Source: an uncultured Candidatus Rokubacteria bacterium (GTDB taxonomy: Bacteria > Methylomirabilota > Methylomirabilia > Rokubacteriales > CSP1-6). Taken from it: a stretch of 64,000 bases of DNA. Each line of letters opens with the position of its first letter. Within the stretch, counting starts at the first letter, position 1. The translations under genes and the position numbers were made by a program. The notes beneath the pieces were generated by a model, which saw only the letters and a list, made by a program, of their open reading frames with translations, was not told the origin of the DNA and ran no database searches. This document shows, piece by piece, positions 55,587 to 64,000 of the stretch. The stretch lies in contig CAVYTA010000004.1 of the NCBI GenBank assembly GCA_963771355.1, positions 192,001-256,000 on the forward strand, written 5' to 3'.

Positions 55587-55675
55587 GCCTAACAACTGAT
55601 TGGAGCGGGCGGCGTTGATGGATGGATGGTCAAGTCGAGATGCTGACAGCGCCGCCGCTGAGTGCAACACTAGGA
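55587..55675 (+). repeat. attC: attC site 10 (degenerate core ACTAGGA)
   Basis: GCCTAAC intact, AGCGG.CGGCG / CGCCGCCGCT stem, GTT lost. Confidence 0.7.
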
Positions 55676-55687
55676 CTCGGAGGAGAA

Positions 55688-56137
55688 ATGGTGATGAGTG
55701 CACAAGGGGTCGTTGTACTGCCGGGACAGGGCTCGGTCTGGAACATATCGCAGGACCGATCGCTCGTGCTCAAGCTCTTGGGCGGAGCGACCGGAGGCAG
55801 CATCATGCTGTTCGAGGAGACCGTTCCCGCAGGGACGAAGAGCTGGTTCCACCTGCATCATGACAGCGACGAGGTAGCCTACGTCCTGAGCGGCGAGATC
55901 ACATTCAAGATTGGCGACGAGGTCACCGCCGGTGGTCCCGGCACCTGCGCCTTCATGCCGCGCGGCGTCCAGCACGCCTGGAAGAACAGCGGCGCGGAAG
56001 CCGGACGGGTGCTGTTCCTCTACACCCCGGCCGCGGCGGGTGGGCTGGTTGAGGAGCAACAGCGGACGCATGAGCGTGCGGGGACCGAGTTGCTCCAGCG
56101 TCACGGCTGGGAGATCGTCGGACCCAATCCGCTCTAA
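55688..56137 (+). CDS. Cassette: cupin domain protein
   Basis: HLH...DE..YVLSG, PRG..HAW.N; GGAGGAG RBS. Confidence 0.88.
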   Translation: MVMSAQGVVVLPGQGSVWNISQDRSLVLKLLGGATGGSIMLFEETVPAGTKSWFHLHHDSDEVAYVLSGEITFKIGDEVTAGGPGTCAFMPRGVQHAWKNSGAEAGRVLFLYTPAAAGGLVEEQQRTHERAGTELLQRHGWEIVGPNPL

Positions 56138-56172
56138 CTGTCTTCAAGAACTTAGCGGAGCGCTGGGATGCC

Positions 56173-56223
56173 GTCTAGCAAGCCGTTAGAGCGGGGCCGG
56201 CCGTCTGCGCCGATCCGTTAGAG
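56173..56223 (+). repeat. attC: Eroded attC remnant
   Basis: GTCTAGC-AAGCC-GTTAGAGCGG...GTTAGAG; right arm largely missing. Confidence 0.5.
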
Positions 56224-56312
56224 CGCAAATCATTCTTCTCAACCCCATCAACACTAGGCTACCTATCAGAGTCATTGCTGCTGCACTATCCCTCTCCACG
56301 GTCGCGTGCGCC

Positions 56313-57368
56313 GTGCCACCTAAGAGAGTGAACCCTGTTGGCCTTTCCTTTGCTGCGTATGAAGACGCTGCGCGCCGCAGCTGGACCGGGCCTCAGGACC
56401 GCCCATTGGCCACGGCGATCTGGTATCCCGCAGCGCCGGGAAGTCGTGAATCTGAATGGCGAGTCGGCATCTTCAACGCCGGGTGGAACGCACAAAAGGC
56501 CCCGCTGTCCGCTGCCACCACCAAACGTCCGTTGGTCGTCCTATCGCACGGAACCGGCGGTGGAGCGGCAGGAATGGCCTGGCTTGCCGAGACCCTCGCG
56601 TCGAATGGGTATATCGTTGCTGCTGTAAATCACCACGGCAACACGGCGGCCGAACCTTCATACCAGCTTGAAGGGTTTATCCTGTGGTGGGAACGGGCGA
56701 GGGATATTTCGGTCCTCATCGACAAGGTGTCGGCCGACCCACAGTTTGGCGCTCACATAGACCCATCTCGAATCGGAGTCGCAGGGTTCTCTCTAGGTGG
56801 GTATACCGCGTTGGCAACGGTTGGCGCCAGGCTCGCGTATCAGCAGTGGAAGAGCTTTTGCGCCAGCCAGCCACTAGAGCCAAACTGCAACTTGCCCCCG
56901 GAAGCTTCCTTCTCTATGGCAAACGTCCAGCGACTTCTCGATCACGATGATCGTGTCAAGGAGGCGGTCAGCCACTCGCACGAGTCATTCCGTGATGCAC
57001 GAGTCAGGGCAGCATTCGCCATTGCCCCGGTGCTCGGGCCGGCCATGACAAGGGCCAGTCTGGCTGAGGTTAAGGCTCCGGTCCGCATCATCGTCGGCTC
57101 GAAGGATGACCAAGCGGCTCCAGACGTCAACGCGAGGCCGATAGCATCTGCCATTCCGTACGCTGAACTCGAGATTATCCCCAACGTCATGCACTATACG
57201 TTCCTCGCCAGATGCAATTTCTTGGGTAAAGTCATGGCGCGCTCGCTCTGCACTGACCCTGACGAGATCGACAGGGAGGAAGTGCACAGAAGGATCAGCG
57301 CCGACGCGCTCAGCTTCTTCAACCGCACACTACGAGGAGAACTAGACGGCAATGAAGCACGCAAATAA
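56313..57368 (+). CDS. Alpha/beta hydrolase (dienelactone hydrolase-like)
   Basis: WYPA, PLVVLSHGTGG, GFSLGG nucleophile elbow, HY.FL..C. Confidence 0.85.
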   Translation: MPPKRVNPVGLSFAAYEDAARRSWTGPQDRPLATAIWYPAAPGSRESEWRVGIFNAGWNAQKAPLSAATTKRPLVVLSHGTGGGAAGMAWLAETLASNGYIVAAVNHHGNTAAEPSYQLEGFILWWERARDISVLIDKVSADPQFGAHIDPSRIGVAGFSLGGYTALATVGARLAYQQWKSFCASQPLEPNCNLPPEASFSMANVQRLLDHDDRVKEAVSHSHESFRDARVRAAFAIAPVLGPAMTRASLAEVKAPVRIIVGSKDDQAAPDVNARPIASAIPYAELEIIPNVMHYTFLARCNFLGKVMARSLCTDPDEIDREEVHRRISADALSFFNRTLRGELDGNEARK

Positions 57369-57951
57369 GCTGGCAGCGGCTACTCTCGCCATCTTGTTGA
57401 TGGTCGCGCCGGGGCTCGCCAGCGACGATTCCAGCGAAGCGTGGGCGGCGCTGGCCAAGGGCGGCCACGTGGCGTTGATTCGGCACGGTAACGCGCCGCC
57501 CGGCTATGGCGGCGACCCGCCCGGCTTCAGGTTCGACGACTGCAAGACGCAACGGAACCTGGATGACGTGGGGCGCGAGCAAGCCAGGGCGCTTGGTGAG
57601 GCATTTCGGAAGCACGGCGTGCGCGTGGACCGGATCGTGTCTTCGCCCATCTGCCGCTGCGTGGAGACGGGGCAGTTGATGGCGGTCGGCTCGGTTGAGA
57701 CTTCGGGGGGCCTCCTGCCTGATATCGGGTCGGGTAGAGCCCGGGTCCTGGAGCTGGAGGAGATGGTGTCTTCGTGGCGGGGACCGGGCACGCTGGTGCT
57801 GGTGACTCACGCGCTGACCGTCGGGCGCCTGACCGGATTCACCCTGGAACAGGCCGAAACGCTCGTGCTTCAACCGACCCCTGAGAAGCTGCCGGCCGGC
57901 CATCTTCCACGGGGGGGACGCTTGGCGGGCAGGATCCCGCCACCCCAATAG
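57352..57951 (+). CDS. Exported histidine phosphatase family protein
   Basis: Signal peptide, LIRHG, C..QRNL, SSP.CRC.ET, LVTH. Confidence 0.85.
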   Translation: MKHANKLAAATLAILLMVAPGLASDDSSEAWAALAKGGHVALIRHGNAPPGYGGDPPGFRFDDCKTQRNLDDVGREQARALGEAFRKHGVRVDRIVSSPICRCVETGQLMAVGSVETSGGLLPDIGSGRARVLELEEMVSSWRGPGTLVLVTHALTVGRLTGFTLEQAETLVLQPTPEKLPAGHLPRGGRLAGRIPPPQ

Positions 57952-58016
57952 GGACGGAGACCCTCGCGCTCGAGCGGACGCGCTTCGCGCGCGACCGGGA
58001 CATTAGAGGGAGCCGG

Positions 58017-58409
58017 ATGAAATACGGCATCGAGGTATTGGGTGAACAGCCGGGCGACGGACCGATCGTCGAACGCCGCGAGTCGTACCGCATCCGCGTG
58101 AAGATGTGGCTGAACCGAGGCGATCTGGTTCGATGGGAGCGTCCCTGGGATTTTCTTACTCAGGCATACCTCGAGGACGATGGCGCCACACTCGTTACCG
58201 ACGTGCGCATGGATCGAGCCTTCCTGATTCCTGGCCTCTTCTACGGGATGGAGGGGATGCGAATCGGGGGCACACGAAAGCTCCGCATTCCGCCCTCGTT
58301 CGCTTTCGGTGAGACCGGGATCCCCGATCGCATCCCGCCGAATGCCGTGATCACAGCGGAGGTATCCGTGCTGGCGAAGGGGACCGCATCAGGCTGCACA
58401 ATCACGTAA
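58017..58409 (+). CDS. FKBP-type peptidyl-prolyl isomerase
   Basis: LIPGL..G.EGMRIGG.RKL.IPP..AFG..G....IPPNA. Confidence 0.85.
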   Translation: MKYGIEVLGEQPGDGPIVERRESYRIRVKMWLNRGDLVRWERPWDFLTQAYLEDDGATLVTDVRMDRAFLIPGLFYGMEGMRIGGTRKLRIPPSFAFGETGIPDRIPPNAVITAEVSVLAKGTASGCTIT

Positions 58410-58507
58410 GGCACGCTGGCGCCACCATGGGCATGGGCTCGAGCAGCGTAGGGTAAACTCAGAGCGATAGCCCATTAAGGGGCCCCTTCAGGAGGAGGAC
58501 AAAGAGA

Positions 58508-58807
58508 ATGCTTCTGGACGTCAAGATTCCGCATGAGACCTTCAACGCTGCAGTCCGGGACGGGAGCGCCGGGGAGAAACTGAAGCGAATTCTGGAGGCT
58601 ACGAAGCCGGAGGCAGTCTACTTCACGGAGCGCGACGGGCACCGTGGCGGGATCCTGATCGTGAATCTGGACGACCCGTCGAAGATTCCGGCGTTGGTGG
58701 AGCCGTGGTTTCTCACCTTCAACGCAGATGTAGAGATCCGCGTGGCGATGACACCGGAGGATCTGGCCCGTGCCGGCCTCGATGCGCTTGGGAAGAAGTG
58801 GGTATAG
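58508..58807 (+). CDS. Small conserved hypothetical protein
   Basis: AGGAGG RBS; KPEAVYF...DG.R, IP...EPWFL.FNA, MTPEDL. Confidence 0.75.
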   Translation: MLLDVKIPHETFNAAVRDGSAGEKLKRILEATKPEAVYFTERDGHRGGILIVNLDDPSKIPALVEPWFLTFNADVEIRVAMTPEDLARAGLDALGKKWV

Positions 58808-58832
58808 GCCCCGATAACTTCGCAGTTCAGCG

Positions 58833-59660
58833 ATGACGGGAAGCGTTCCTCCACGGATCTACTGCATTCCAGCGACGGTGGCGCCGATCGTGGCGGTGTT
58901 CCGGCGCGGGCCGACGAACTGGTCCCACGTGGGTCGCTGGGATCTCGGAGAGAGACGGTACGAGGCCGGCGCGTGGCTCGGTGGACGGATCTTTCCACGA
59001 CGGTCCGATCTCTCCCCCGACGGTCGTTTCCTCTGCTACTTTGCGCATAAGCCCAGCGCCACCTGGGAACACGGGGAGGCGTACGTGGCCTTGTCGAAGG
59101 TCCCCTGGCTCACCGCGCTCCACGCCTTCCGTACCTGTGGCACGTGGACGCGTGGCTACTACTTCACCGAGGCTGACGATGACGAGAACCCAGCGGAGAC
59201 GAACCTTCCGATCCCCTACGGGTTGCGCTCCATTCCGGTGATTCAATTTGCGAACGAACGACGTCGCGGCTGGGAGGAAGCGACGGACTCTCCCCCACGC
59301 GACCCCGGGGACGCATGGGATGAGCGCCGCAACGCCCGCATCCAGAAACGCCAGCCCGGCGGCGACCGGCTACTGTGTGTGGAAAGTCTCGGACGGGCGG
59401 GAGGCGAGTTCGGCGTCGATCAGGCGGTCGACGGCCTGCGTGTCAGCTACTGGCTGGAAGTAAGTGGAGAGATCCAACTCTTGAATCACCTCCAATGGGC
59501 GGACTGGGATCGAGAAGGACACCTGCTGGTCGCCACACGGAGCGGGCAGCTTCAGGTCTGGAAACTCGATGGCGATGGCTCCGAGGTACTGTTCGAAGAA
59601 GACCTGTCTGTCTCCGAGCCGAACCCGATTCCCGCGCCGGCATGGGCCACGCGATGGTAA
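58833..59660 (+). CDS. Hypothetical protein
   Basis: Co-oriented ORF with protein-like composition (RRGP..W, DLSPDG, WADWD). Confidence 0.7.
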   Translation: MTGSVPPRIYCIPATVAPIVAVFRRGPTNWSHVGRWDLGERRYEAGAWLGGRIFPRRSDLSPDGRFLCYFAHKPSATWEHGEAYVALSKVPWLTALHAFRTCGTWTRGYYFTEADDDENPAETNLPIPYGLRSIPVIQFANERRRGWEEATDSPPRDPGDAWDERRNARIQKRQPGGDRLLCVESLGRAGGEFGVDQAVDGLRVSYWLEVSGEIQLLNHLQWADWDREGHLLVATRSGQLQVWKLDGDGSEVLFEEDLSVSEPNPIPAPAWATRW

Positions 59661-59706
59661 GGGGCTGGGACGACGCCCCGTGTTCAGCGGACACACGGCA
59701 ATCGTC

Positions 59707-60369
59707 ATGACCGACCCGGACCGCCTGGCACACACGGCGCGCGTTCTGAGCGCACACGGCCTAACCTTGCCCGAGCATTACGTGATGTGCTCGGCGGGCT
59801 ATCGCGTGACGCTGCCTTCCGAGGCGTTCGTCTCGCACGCGTTCGCAGTCACGGAAGGCGACCCTCGTGGCCACCCGGCGCGTCCAGAGCTGGCGGCGGC
59901 CCTCCGGCGGCTTCAGACACGTGGGCTGATGTCATGCCTGACCGCAGCGGCCCTTCGCGCGGACGCCCGACGGAGGGCCGCCTCCAGGGTTCCGGAGGTA
60001 ATCACCGAATACCGAGTCGGTCACGTCGATTTCACTCCCAAAGGATACGGGGTCCATCGGGAGGTGATTCGAGCCATCCACGGCGACGACTTTCTCGCAC
60101 GGAGCGACGCGGGCTTCAATCTCGATCTGGACGCGGGCCGCTTCGACGTGTATGCCGTGAGCGTGGACGAGTGTCGCCGGCTGATGGACGAGATCCAAGC
60201 CGGGGGCGACGATTACACGGGTGCAGAGTGCACCCGGTTCGTTGGTCGGGACGGGCCGGCCGCGATCGCGGCATGGCGGCCCAATCGCTTCTTTGTGCGC
60301 GAGGCCGGGTATCATGGCGCTCTGCGCTTTATCAGCGATGCCGCCGAGCTGGCCGTTCGGCATAGCTGA
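59707..60369 (+). CDS. Hypothetical protein
   Basis: Co-oriented ORF; ATG 59707 avoids overlap with the upstream gene. Confidence 0.55.
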   Translation: MTDPDRLAHTARVLSAHGLTLPEHYVMCSAGYRVTLPSEAFVSHAFAVTEGDPRGHPARPELAAALRRLQTRGLMSCLTAAALRADARRRAASRVPEVITEYRVGHVDFTPKGYGVHREVIRAIHGDDFLARSDAGFNLDLDAGRFDVYAVSVDECRRLMDEIQAGGDDYTGAECTRFVGRDGPAAIAAWRPNRFFVREAGYHGALRFISDAAELAVRHS

Positions 60370-60430
60370 GCGGAAACGCGGTGGTCGTGGCCCCCGATAC
60401 GGAGCGTCCGATATCAGAGAGGAGGCCCTG

Positions 60431-60580
60431 GTGACACCAGAAAATCACAAGGCGATCGCTCGGCGGTTCTTCGAGGACGTCTGGAACAAGCAAGCGTTAG
60501 AGGCGATCGACGACATCTTCGCTGCGTCTGTGGCGGATGAGCTCAGCATCCTACAGCAGCTCGGCCAGTTGAGCGCATGA
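60431..60580 (+). pseudogene. Internally deleted SnoaL-like ester cyclase, paralogue of 51123-51527
   Basis: MTPENHKAIARRFFEDVWN...DDIFA joined directly to VADELSILQQLG; GAGGAGG RBS. Confidence 0.82.
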
Positions 60581-60602
60581 CCCCCACGCCGAACCGGCGG
60601 AT

Positions 60603-60660
60603 GTCCAACCCCGCAGTCCAGCGGTTTGCGGGCTCGCGCTGCTGGCCATCACACTGAGAG
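60603..60660 (+). repeat. attC: Eroded attC remnant related to attC4
   Basis: GTCCAAC-CCCGC-AGTCCAGCGG...GCTCGCGCTGCT resembles the left arm of 51560; core lost. Confidence 0.6.
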
Positions 60661-60672
60661 AGGAGAATCGCC

Positions 60673-61428
60673 ATGCCGTTCTACGAACGAGGCCCCGTCC
60701 GCATCCACTACCAGGAGGCAGGTTCCGGCTTCCCCCTGCTGCTCATTCCCGGCGGCGGGCTCAATTCAGCCCTATCATCCTGGCAGACCGCCTCGCCCTT
60801 CAACCCGATGGAACGGTACAAGGGCGACTTCCGCTGTATCTGCGCCGACCTGCGCAATGCCAATCCCGGCCAGTCCAGCGGCCCGCTGGAGATCGACCGT
60901 CCCTGGGACGCCTATGCCGACGACCAGCTTGGCCTGATGGACCACCTCGGCATCCGGGAGTTCCTGGTCATGGGCTTCTGCATCGGCGGACCGATGATCC
61001 ATAACCTGATCAAGCGGGCGCCGGAGCGCGTCGTCGCGGCCGCGATGATGCAACCCAGCGGGTCCAGGCCTGAGCTCCCGGACCTGTTCTACCAGAACAA
61101 CATCAAGGGCTGGGGACCCGCGCTGTGCGAGAAGCGCCCCGACGTCACGATGGCCATGGTCCATGACTTCCTCACCAGCATGTACACCAACCGCGCCGAC
61201 TTCGTTTTCACCGTGTCGCGCGATTTCGTGCGCTCGATCCAGACGCCGCTGCTGATCGCGCCGGACGACGTGCCCGCGCACCCGTACAAGGTCGCGATGG
61301 AGGTGGCTAGCCTCGCCCGGAACGCCGAGGTGACCATCTATCCCTGGAAGGATTCGCAGGAGCACATCGACGAGGTCGTGGAGCACGCGCGGCGCTTCCT
61401 CAAGGCGCACGAGCCCGTCAGAGCCTAG
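60673..61428 (+). CDS. Alpha/beta hydrolase fold protein (Cys at nucleophile elbow)
   Basis: G.G.PLLL..GG, D.RN...S.G, GFCIGG, D..HP. Confidence 0.85.
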   Translation: MPFYERGPVRIHYQEAGSGFPLLLIPGGGLNSALSSWQTASPFNPMERYKGDFRCICADLRNANPGQSSGPLEIDRPWDAYADDQLGLMDHLGIREFLVMGFCIGGPMIHNLIKRAPERVVAAAMMQPSGSRPELPDLFYQNNIKGWGPALCEKRPDVTMAMVHDFLTSMYTNRADFVFTVSRDFVRSIQTPLLIAPDDVPAHPYKVAMEVASLARNAEVTIYPWKDSQEHIDEVVEHARRFLKAHEPVRA

Positions 61429-61433
61429 GATTT

Positions 61434-61489
61434 CTCCATCAACGTGGGAGCGGACGCGCTCGGTGCACCGCTGACCGTGGACGTTAAAG
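61434..61489 (+). repeat. attC: Eroded attC remnant
   Basis: GAGCGG..GC / GCACCGCTGAC stem followed by GTTAAAG; inverse core degenerate. Confidence 0.6.
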
Positions 61490-61496
61490 GGCCGGT

Positions 61497-61976
61497 GTGA
61501 TGGGCATTCTGGACTTCCTAAAGCGGCCCGCGTTCAGAGATCCGGTGGTGGGCAATCTTCTCCGCCAAGGGCGCTACTGGCGAGGCCAGATCAGCCTCGG
61601 ATCGGAGCGTGACGTGCCGATGCTTCTCGCCGGATCTCGGGCCGCTCCGGACGAAGCAGGCCTCGGACTCGCTCGCGAGCTCGGTCCTCGGTACGCGACG
61701 CTTCTACCGGCCATCGAGCGGGCGCTGTTCGAGCACCAAGAGCCGTATGCCGAGGCGGTGGCATCAGGCGAGGCCGGGCATCTGGTGGAAGTCCCGCGCC
61801 TTGCGAGTCCGGAGCAAGTGTGGGGGCATATCTCGGTCGTGCGCGTGCTGATCGAACCATTGGACGGGGTCGATACGGTGGAGATTGCCTATCGGACGGA
61901 CTGGGACACGGAACACACGCTGGGTGCTCGGTTTCAGGGCTGGGCATTGATCGAACTCAATGGCAGTGTCATCTGA
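61497..61976 (+). CDS. Hypothetical protein (DUF6985-like)
   Basis: C-terminal WD.EH.LG..F motif; starts just after GTTAAAG. Confidence 0.65.
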   Translation: MMGILDFLKRPAFRDPVVGNLLRQGRYWRGQISLGSERDVPMLLAGSRAAPDEAGLGLARELGPRYATLLPAIERALFEHQEPYAEAVASGEAGHLVEVPRLASPEQVWGHISVVRVLIEPLDGVDTVEIAYRTDWDTEHTLGARFQGWALIELNGSVI

Positions 61977-62067
61977 GGGGACGGGACCGGGTGAGAGAGG
62001 AGCCATCAAAGTAAGCTATGGCCATGTGGGTGGGACATACACGACCAGCTAACCTCGGAGGGCCTCC

Positions 62068-62871
62068 ATGATCATTGGCCTGGCGTCGCCTGGTATCGCC
62101 TCAACCCTTGATGAGGGCTTGGACCGGATCCAGCGGCTCCTGTCCGAAGCGTCGACCCAGGGCGCGGAGATCGTGTGTTTCCCGGAAGCCTATCTCCCGG
62201 GACTGCGGGGACAGGATTTTGAAGTAATGCCCTTTGATCTGGCGCTCCAGGAGCGGGCACTCGGGGCCGTGGCTCAGTGGGCGCGAACCTATGGGGTGGC
62301 CACTATCCTCGGGATGGAAAGGATCACGGGGGCGGGTCGGCAGATTGTCGCGTTCGTCATCGACGCCCGGGGCCAGATTCAGGGATACCAAACCAAGAAC
62401 CAACTAGACCCGACCGAGGATCAGTTCTACGTGCCTGGCGATACCCGGCGACTCTTCGAGATCAACGGGACGAAGTTTGGAGTGGCGATCTGCCATGAGG
62501 GCTGGCGCTATCCGGAGACGGTGCGGTGGGCGGCGGTGCGGGGCGCCAAGATCGTCTTCCACCCCCATCACACGGGGAGTGATCGAGAAGGTGTCCGACT
62601 GTCGGAATGGGGCGCGGCCAGCAGCCCGTACTACGAGAAGGCGATGGCCATGCGCAGCCGGGAGAACACGATCTACTTTGCCAGCGTCAACTACGCGTTG
62701 CGCTTCCAGGAATCGGCGACAAGTCTGATCACCCCGTCCGGCGAGTGCCAGGCGTACCTCCCTTATGGGCAGGAAGGCGTACTGGTGCAGGCCATCAAGG
62801 TCGAGGAAGCAACCGGATTGCTCGCGAGTCGATACGCACCCCAGCGCTATCCAGAATTCCCGCGGGAGTGA
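62068..62871 (+). CDS. Carbon-nitrogen hydrolase (nitrilase superfamily)
   Basis: FPE, K, ICHE catalytic triad. Confidence 0.9.
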   Translation: MIIGLASPGIASTLDEGLDRIQRLLSEASTQGAEIVCFPEAYLPGLRGQDFEVMPFDLALQERALGAVAQWARTYGVATILGMERITGAGRQIVAFVIDARGQIQGYQTKNQLDPTEDQFYVPGDTRRLFEINGTKFGVAICHEGWRYPETVRWAAVRGAKIVFHPHHTGSDREGVRLSEWGAASSPYYEKAMAMRSRENTIYFASVNYALRFQESATSLITPSGECQAYLPYGQEGVLVQAIKVEEATGLLASRYAPQRYPEFPRE

Positions 62872-62873
62872 CC

Positions 62874-62917
62874 GCTCAACCCCGCATGCCGTCGACGCCG
62901 TTCCGCCGGCGTTAGGG
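62874..62917 (+). repeat. attC: Shortened attC remnant
   Basis: GCTCAAC right after the stop and GTTAGGG just before the next start, only 44 nt end to end. Confidence 0.55.
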
Positions 62918-62925
62918 CGCTGCCC

Positions 62926-63744
62926 GTGCTGGCCACCCTCAGACAGGCTCGCCGCGCGGACATTCCGGCGATGCATCGTGTTCGGCTCGCCGTGCGTGAG
63001 AACCGGCTCACCTCGAGGATCACCGAAGAGGACTATATTCCGGCGATCGAGGAAACCGGTCGTGGGTGGGTCGTCGAAGTCGACGGTGGGGTGGTAGGCT
63101 TTGCGGTCGGAAACGCGGCGACCGGGAACATCTGGGCATTGTTCGTGGATCCCGCGCATGAAGGTCAGGGCCATGGCCGCCGCTTGCACGATGCCATGGT
63201 CGAGTGGCTGTTCTCTCGCGGTCTCGAGCGGCTATGGCTCAGTACCGATCCCAACACACGTGCCCACCGGTTCTACGAGTCGGCGGGATGGCGGCATACG
63301 GGTATGCTCGCCAACGGCGAAGCAACCTTTGAGCGCCATGCTCCAATCGGCCCGCACCCTATGCCGGGGAGGTCAGGAGGCATGATCAAGTTCGATCATC
63401 TCAGGATCCCGGTCACTGATCTGGCGCGCTCGCGCGACTGGTACATTCGCACGCTGGGCCTGAAGGTCGAGTTCGAGGTTCCGGACCGGCAGACGGTCGC
63501 GCTCCAGGACAGCGACGGCTTTACGATCTTTCTTCAGGAGGTACCCCCTCCCGTCGTGCCAAACCAGTGCGCTCTGTGGTTTCAGGTCACCGATGTCGAC
63601 ACCATGTTCACGGACTGGTCCGCACGAGGAGTCGAGTTCGCCCATAGCCCGCGCAAGTCCTACTGGGGCTACGGGGCCGAGCTCGTCGATCCCGACGGGT
63701 ACTTGATTCGGCTCTGGGACGAGCATTCGATGAAGGCAAAGTGA
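62926..63744 (+). CDS. GNAT acetyltransferase in frame with a VOC/glyoxalase domain (internal RBS and ATG at 63382)
   Basis: LFVDP...GQG.G..L, FYE..GW; then DH..I.V.DL.RS..WY, WG.....DPDG. Confidence 0.85.
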   Translation: MLATLRQARRADIPAMHRVRLAVRENRLTSRITEEDYIPAIEETGRGWVVEVDGGVVGFAVGNAATGNIWALFVDPAHEGQGHGRRLHDAMVEWLFSRGLERLWLSTDPNTRAHRFYESAGWRHTGMLANGEATFERHAPIGPHPMPGRSGGMIKFDHLRIPVTDLARSRDWYIRTLGLKVEFEVPDRQTVALQDSDGFTIFLQEVPPPVVPNQCALWFQVTDVDTMFTDWSARGVEFAHSPRKSYWGYGAELVDPDGYLIRLWDEHSMKAK

Positions 63745-63769
63745 CGGGGTTGCCGAACAGAGGGCGTGG

Positions 63770-64000
63770 ATGGCTACTCTCGAAGAGTACAGCGGGCTCC
63801 CGATAGAGGCTCGTCTCCGACGTCTGGAGCAGACGCCGGGCGAGCTGGAGCGCGACCTGTCTGGAAAGACGGACGCCGAGCTTTCCCGGCGCCCCGACGC
63901 CCACAATTGGGCCGTCAAGGAAATCGTCTGTCACCTGCGTGATGTCGAGGAGCTCTTCCAGATCCGGTTCCACACCGTGGTGGCCCTCGACGAGCCTCGC
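63770..64000 (+). CDS. DinB family protein (3' end outside window)
   Basis: My translation MATLEEYSGLP...SRRPD..NWAVKEIVCHLRDVEE; not in the ORF track because it has no stop. Confidence 0.8.
   Translation, partial: MATLEEYSGLPIEARLRRLEQTPGELERDLSGKTDAELSRRPDAHNWAVKEIVCHLRDVEELFQIRFHTVVALDEPR

Larger units (their letters stand above)
48570..64000 (+). mobile_element. Integron with deleted integrase and gene cassette array (runs off window end)
   Basis: intI remnant, attI, at least 9 clear attC sites plus eroded ones, at least 23 short co-oriented genes, visibly more A/T than flanking DNA. Confidence 0.92.

Noticed and set aside
49898..55675. Recurring palindromic elements as CRISPR repeats, REP elements or terminators
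   Set aside because: They vary in length and sequence, are separated by whole genes, lack U-tracts and cas genes, and have attC core geometry.
1..64000. tRNA, rRNA, IS transposases or prophage genes
   Set aside because: None were recognised by eye; tRNAscan-SE, Infernal and ISEScan would be needed to exclude them.

Overview
High-GC bacterial chromosomal window. The host is probably a soil diderm, and a Rokubacteria/Methylomirabilota-like lineage is my unverified inference from gene content and codon style. Positions 1-48.5 kb hold mostly metabolic genes, plus a MSMEG_4193/DUF3090/SCO1664 triad, bcp/trxB, an HpnP-like hopanoid C-2 methylase abutting an MMPL transporter, a two-partner secretion pair (TpsB plus a 1900-aa repeat-rich TpsA), a SelD fusion, and a TVP38/MerA-like/AlaX/TIGR04283-DUF3047 operon. 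From about 48.57 kb to the window end lies the main discovery, an integron whose integrase has been deleted. Only the last ~22 codons of intI survive (IYT[H]VLNRGPAGVRSPADRIGL*). They are co-oriented with and upstream of a putative attI (GTTGGGC at 48824). At least 23 plus-strand cassette-like genes follow. The attC sites are textbook near attI and become increasingly eroded further away, where there are gene fusions, a deleted duplicate cassette and lost start codons. Two cassette slots carry orphan ABC substrate-binding proteins. Family names come from recognising motifs by eye; no searches were run.
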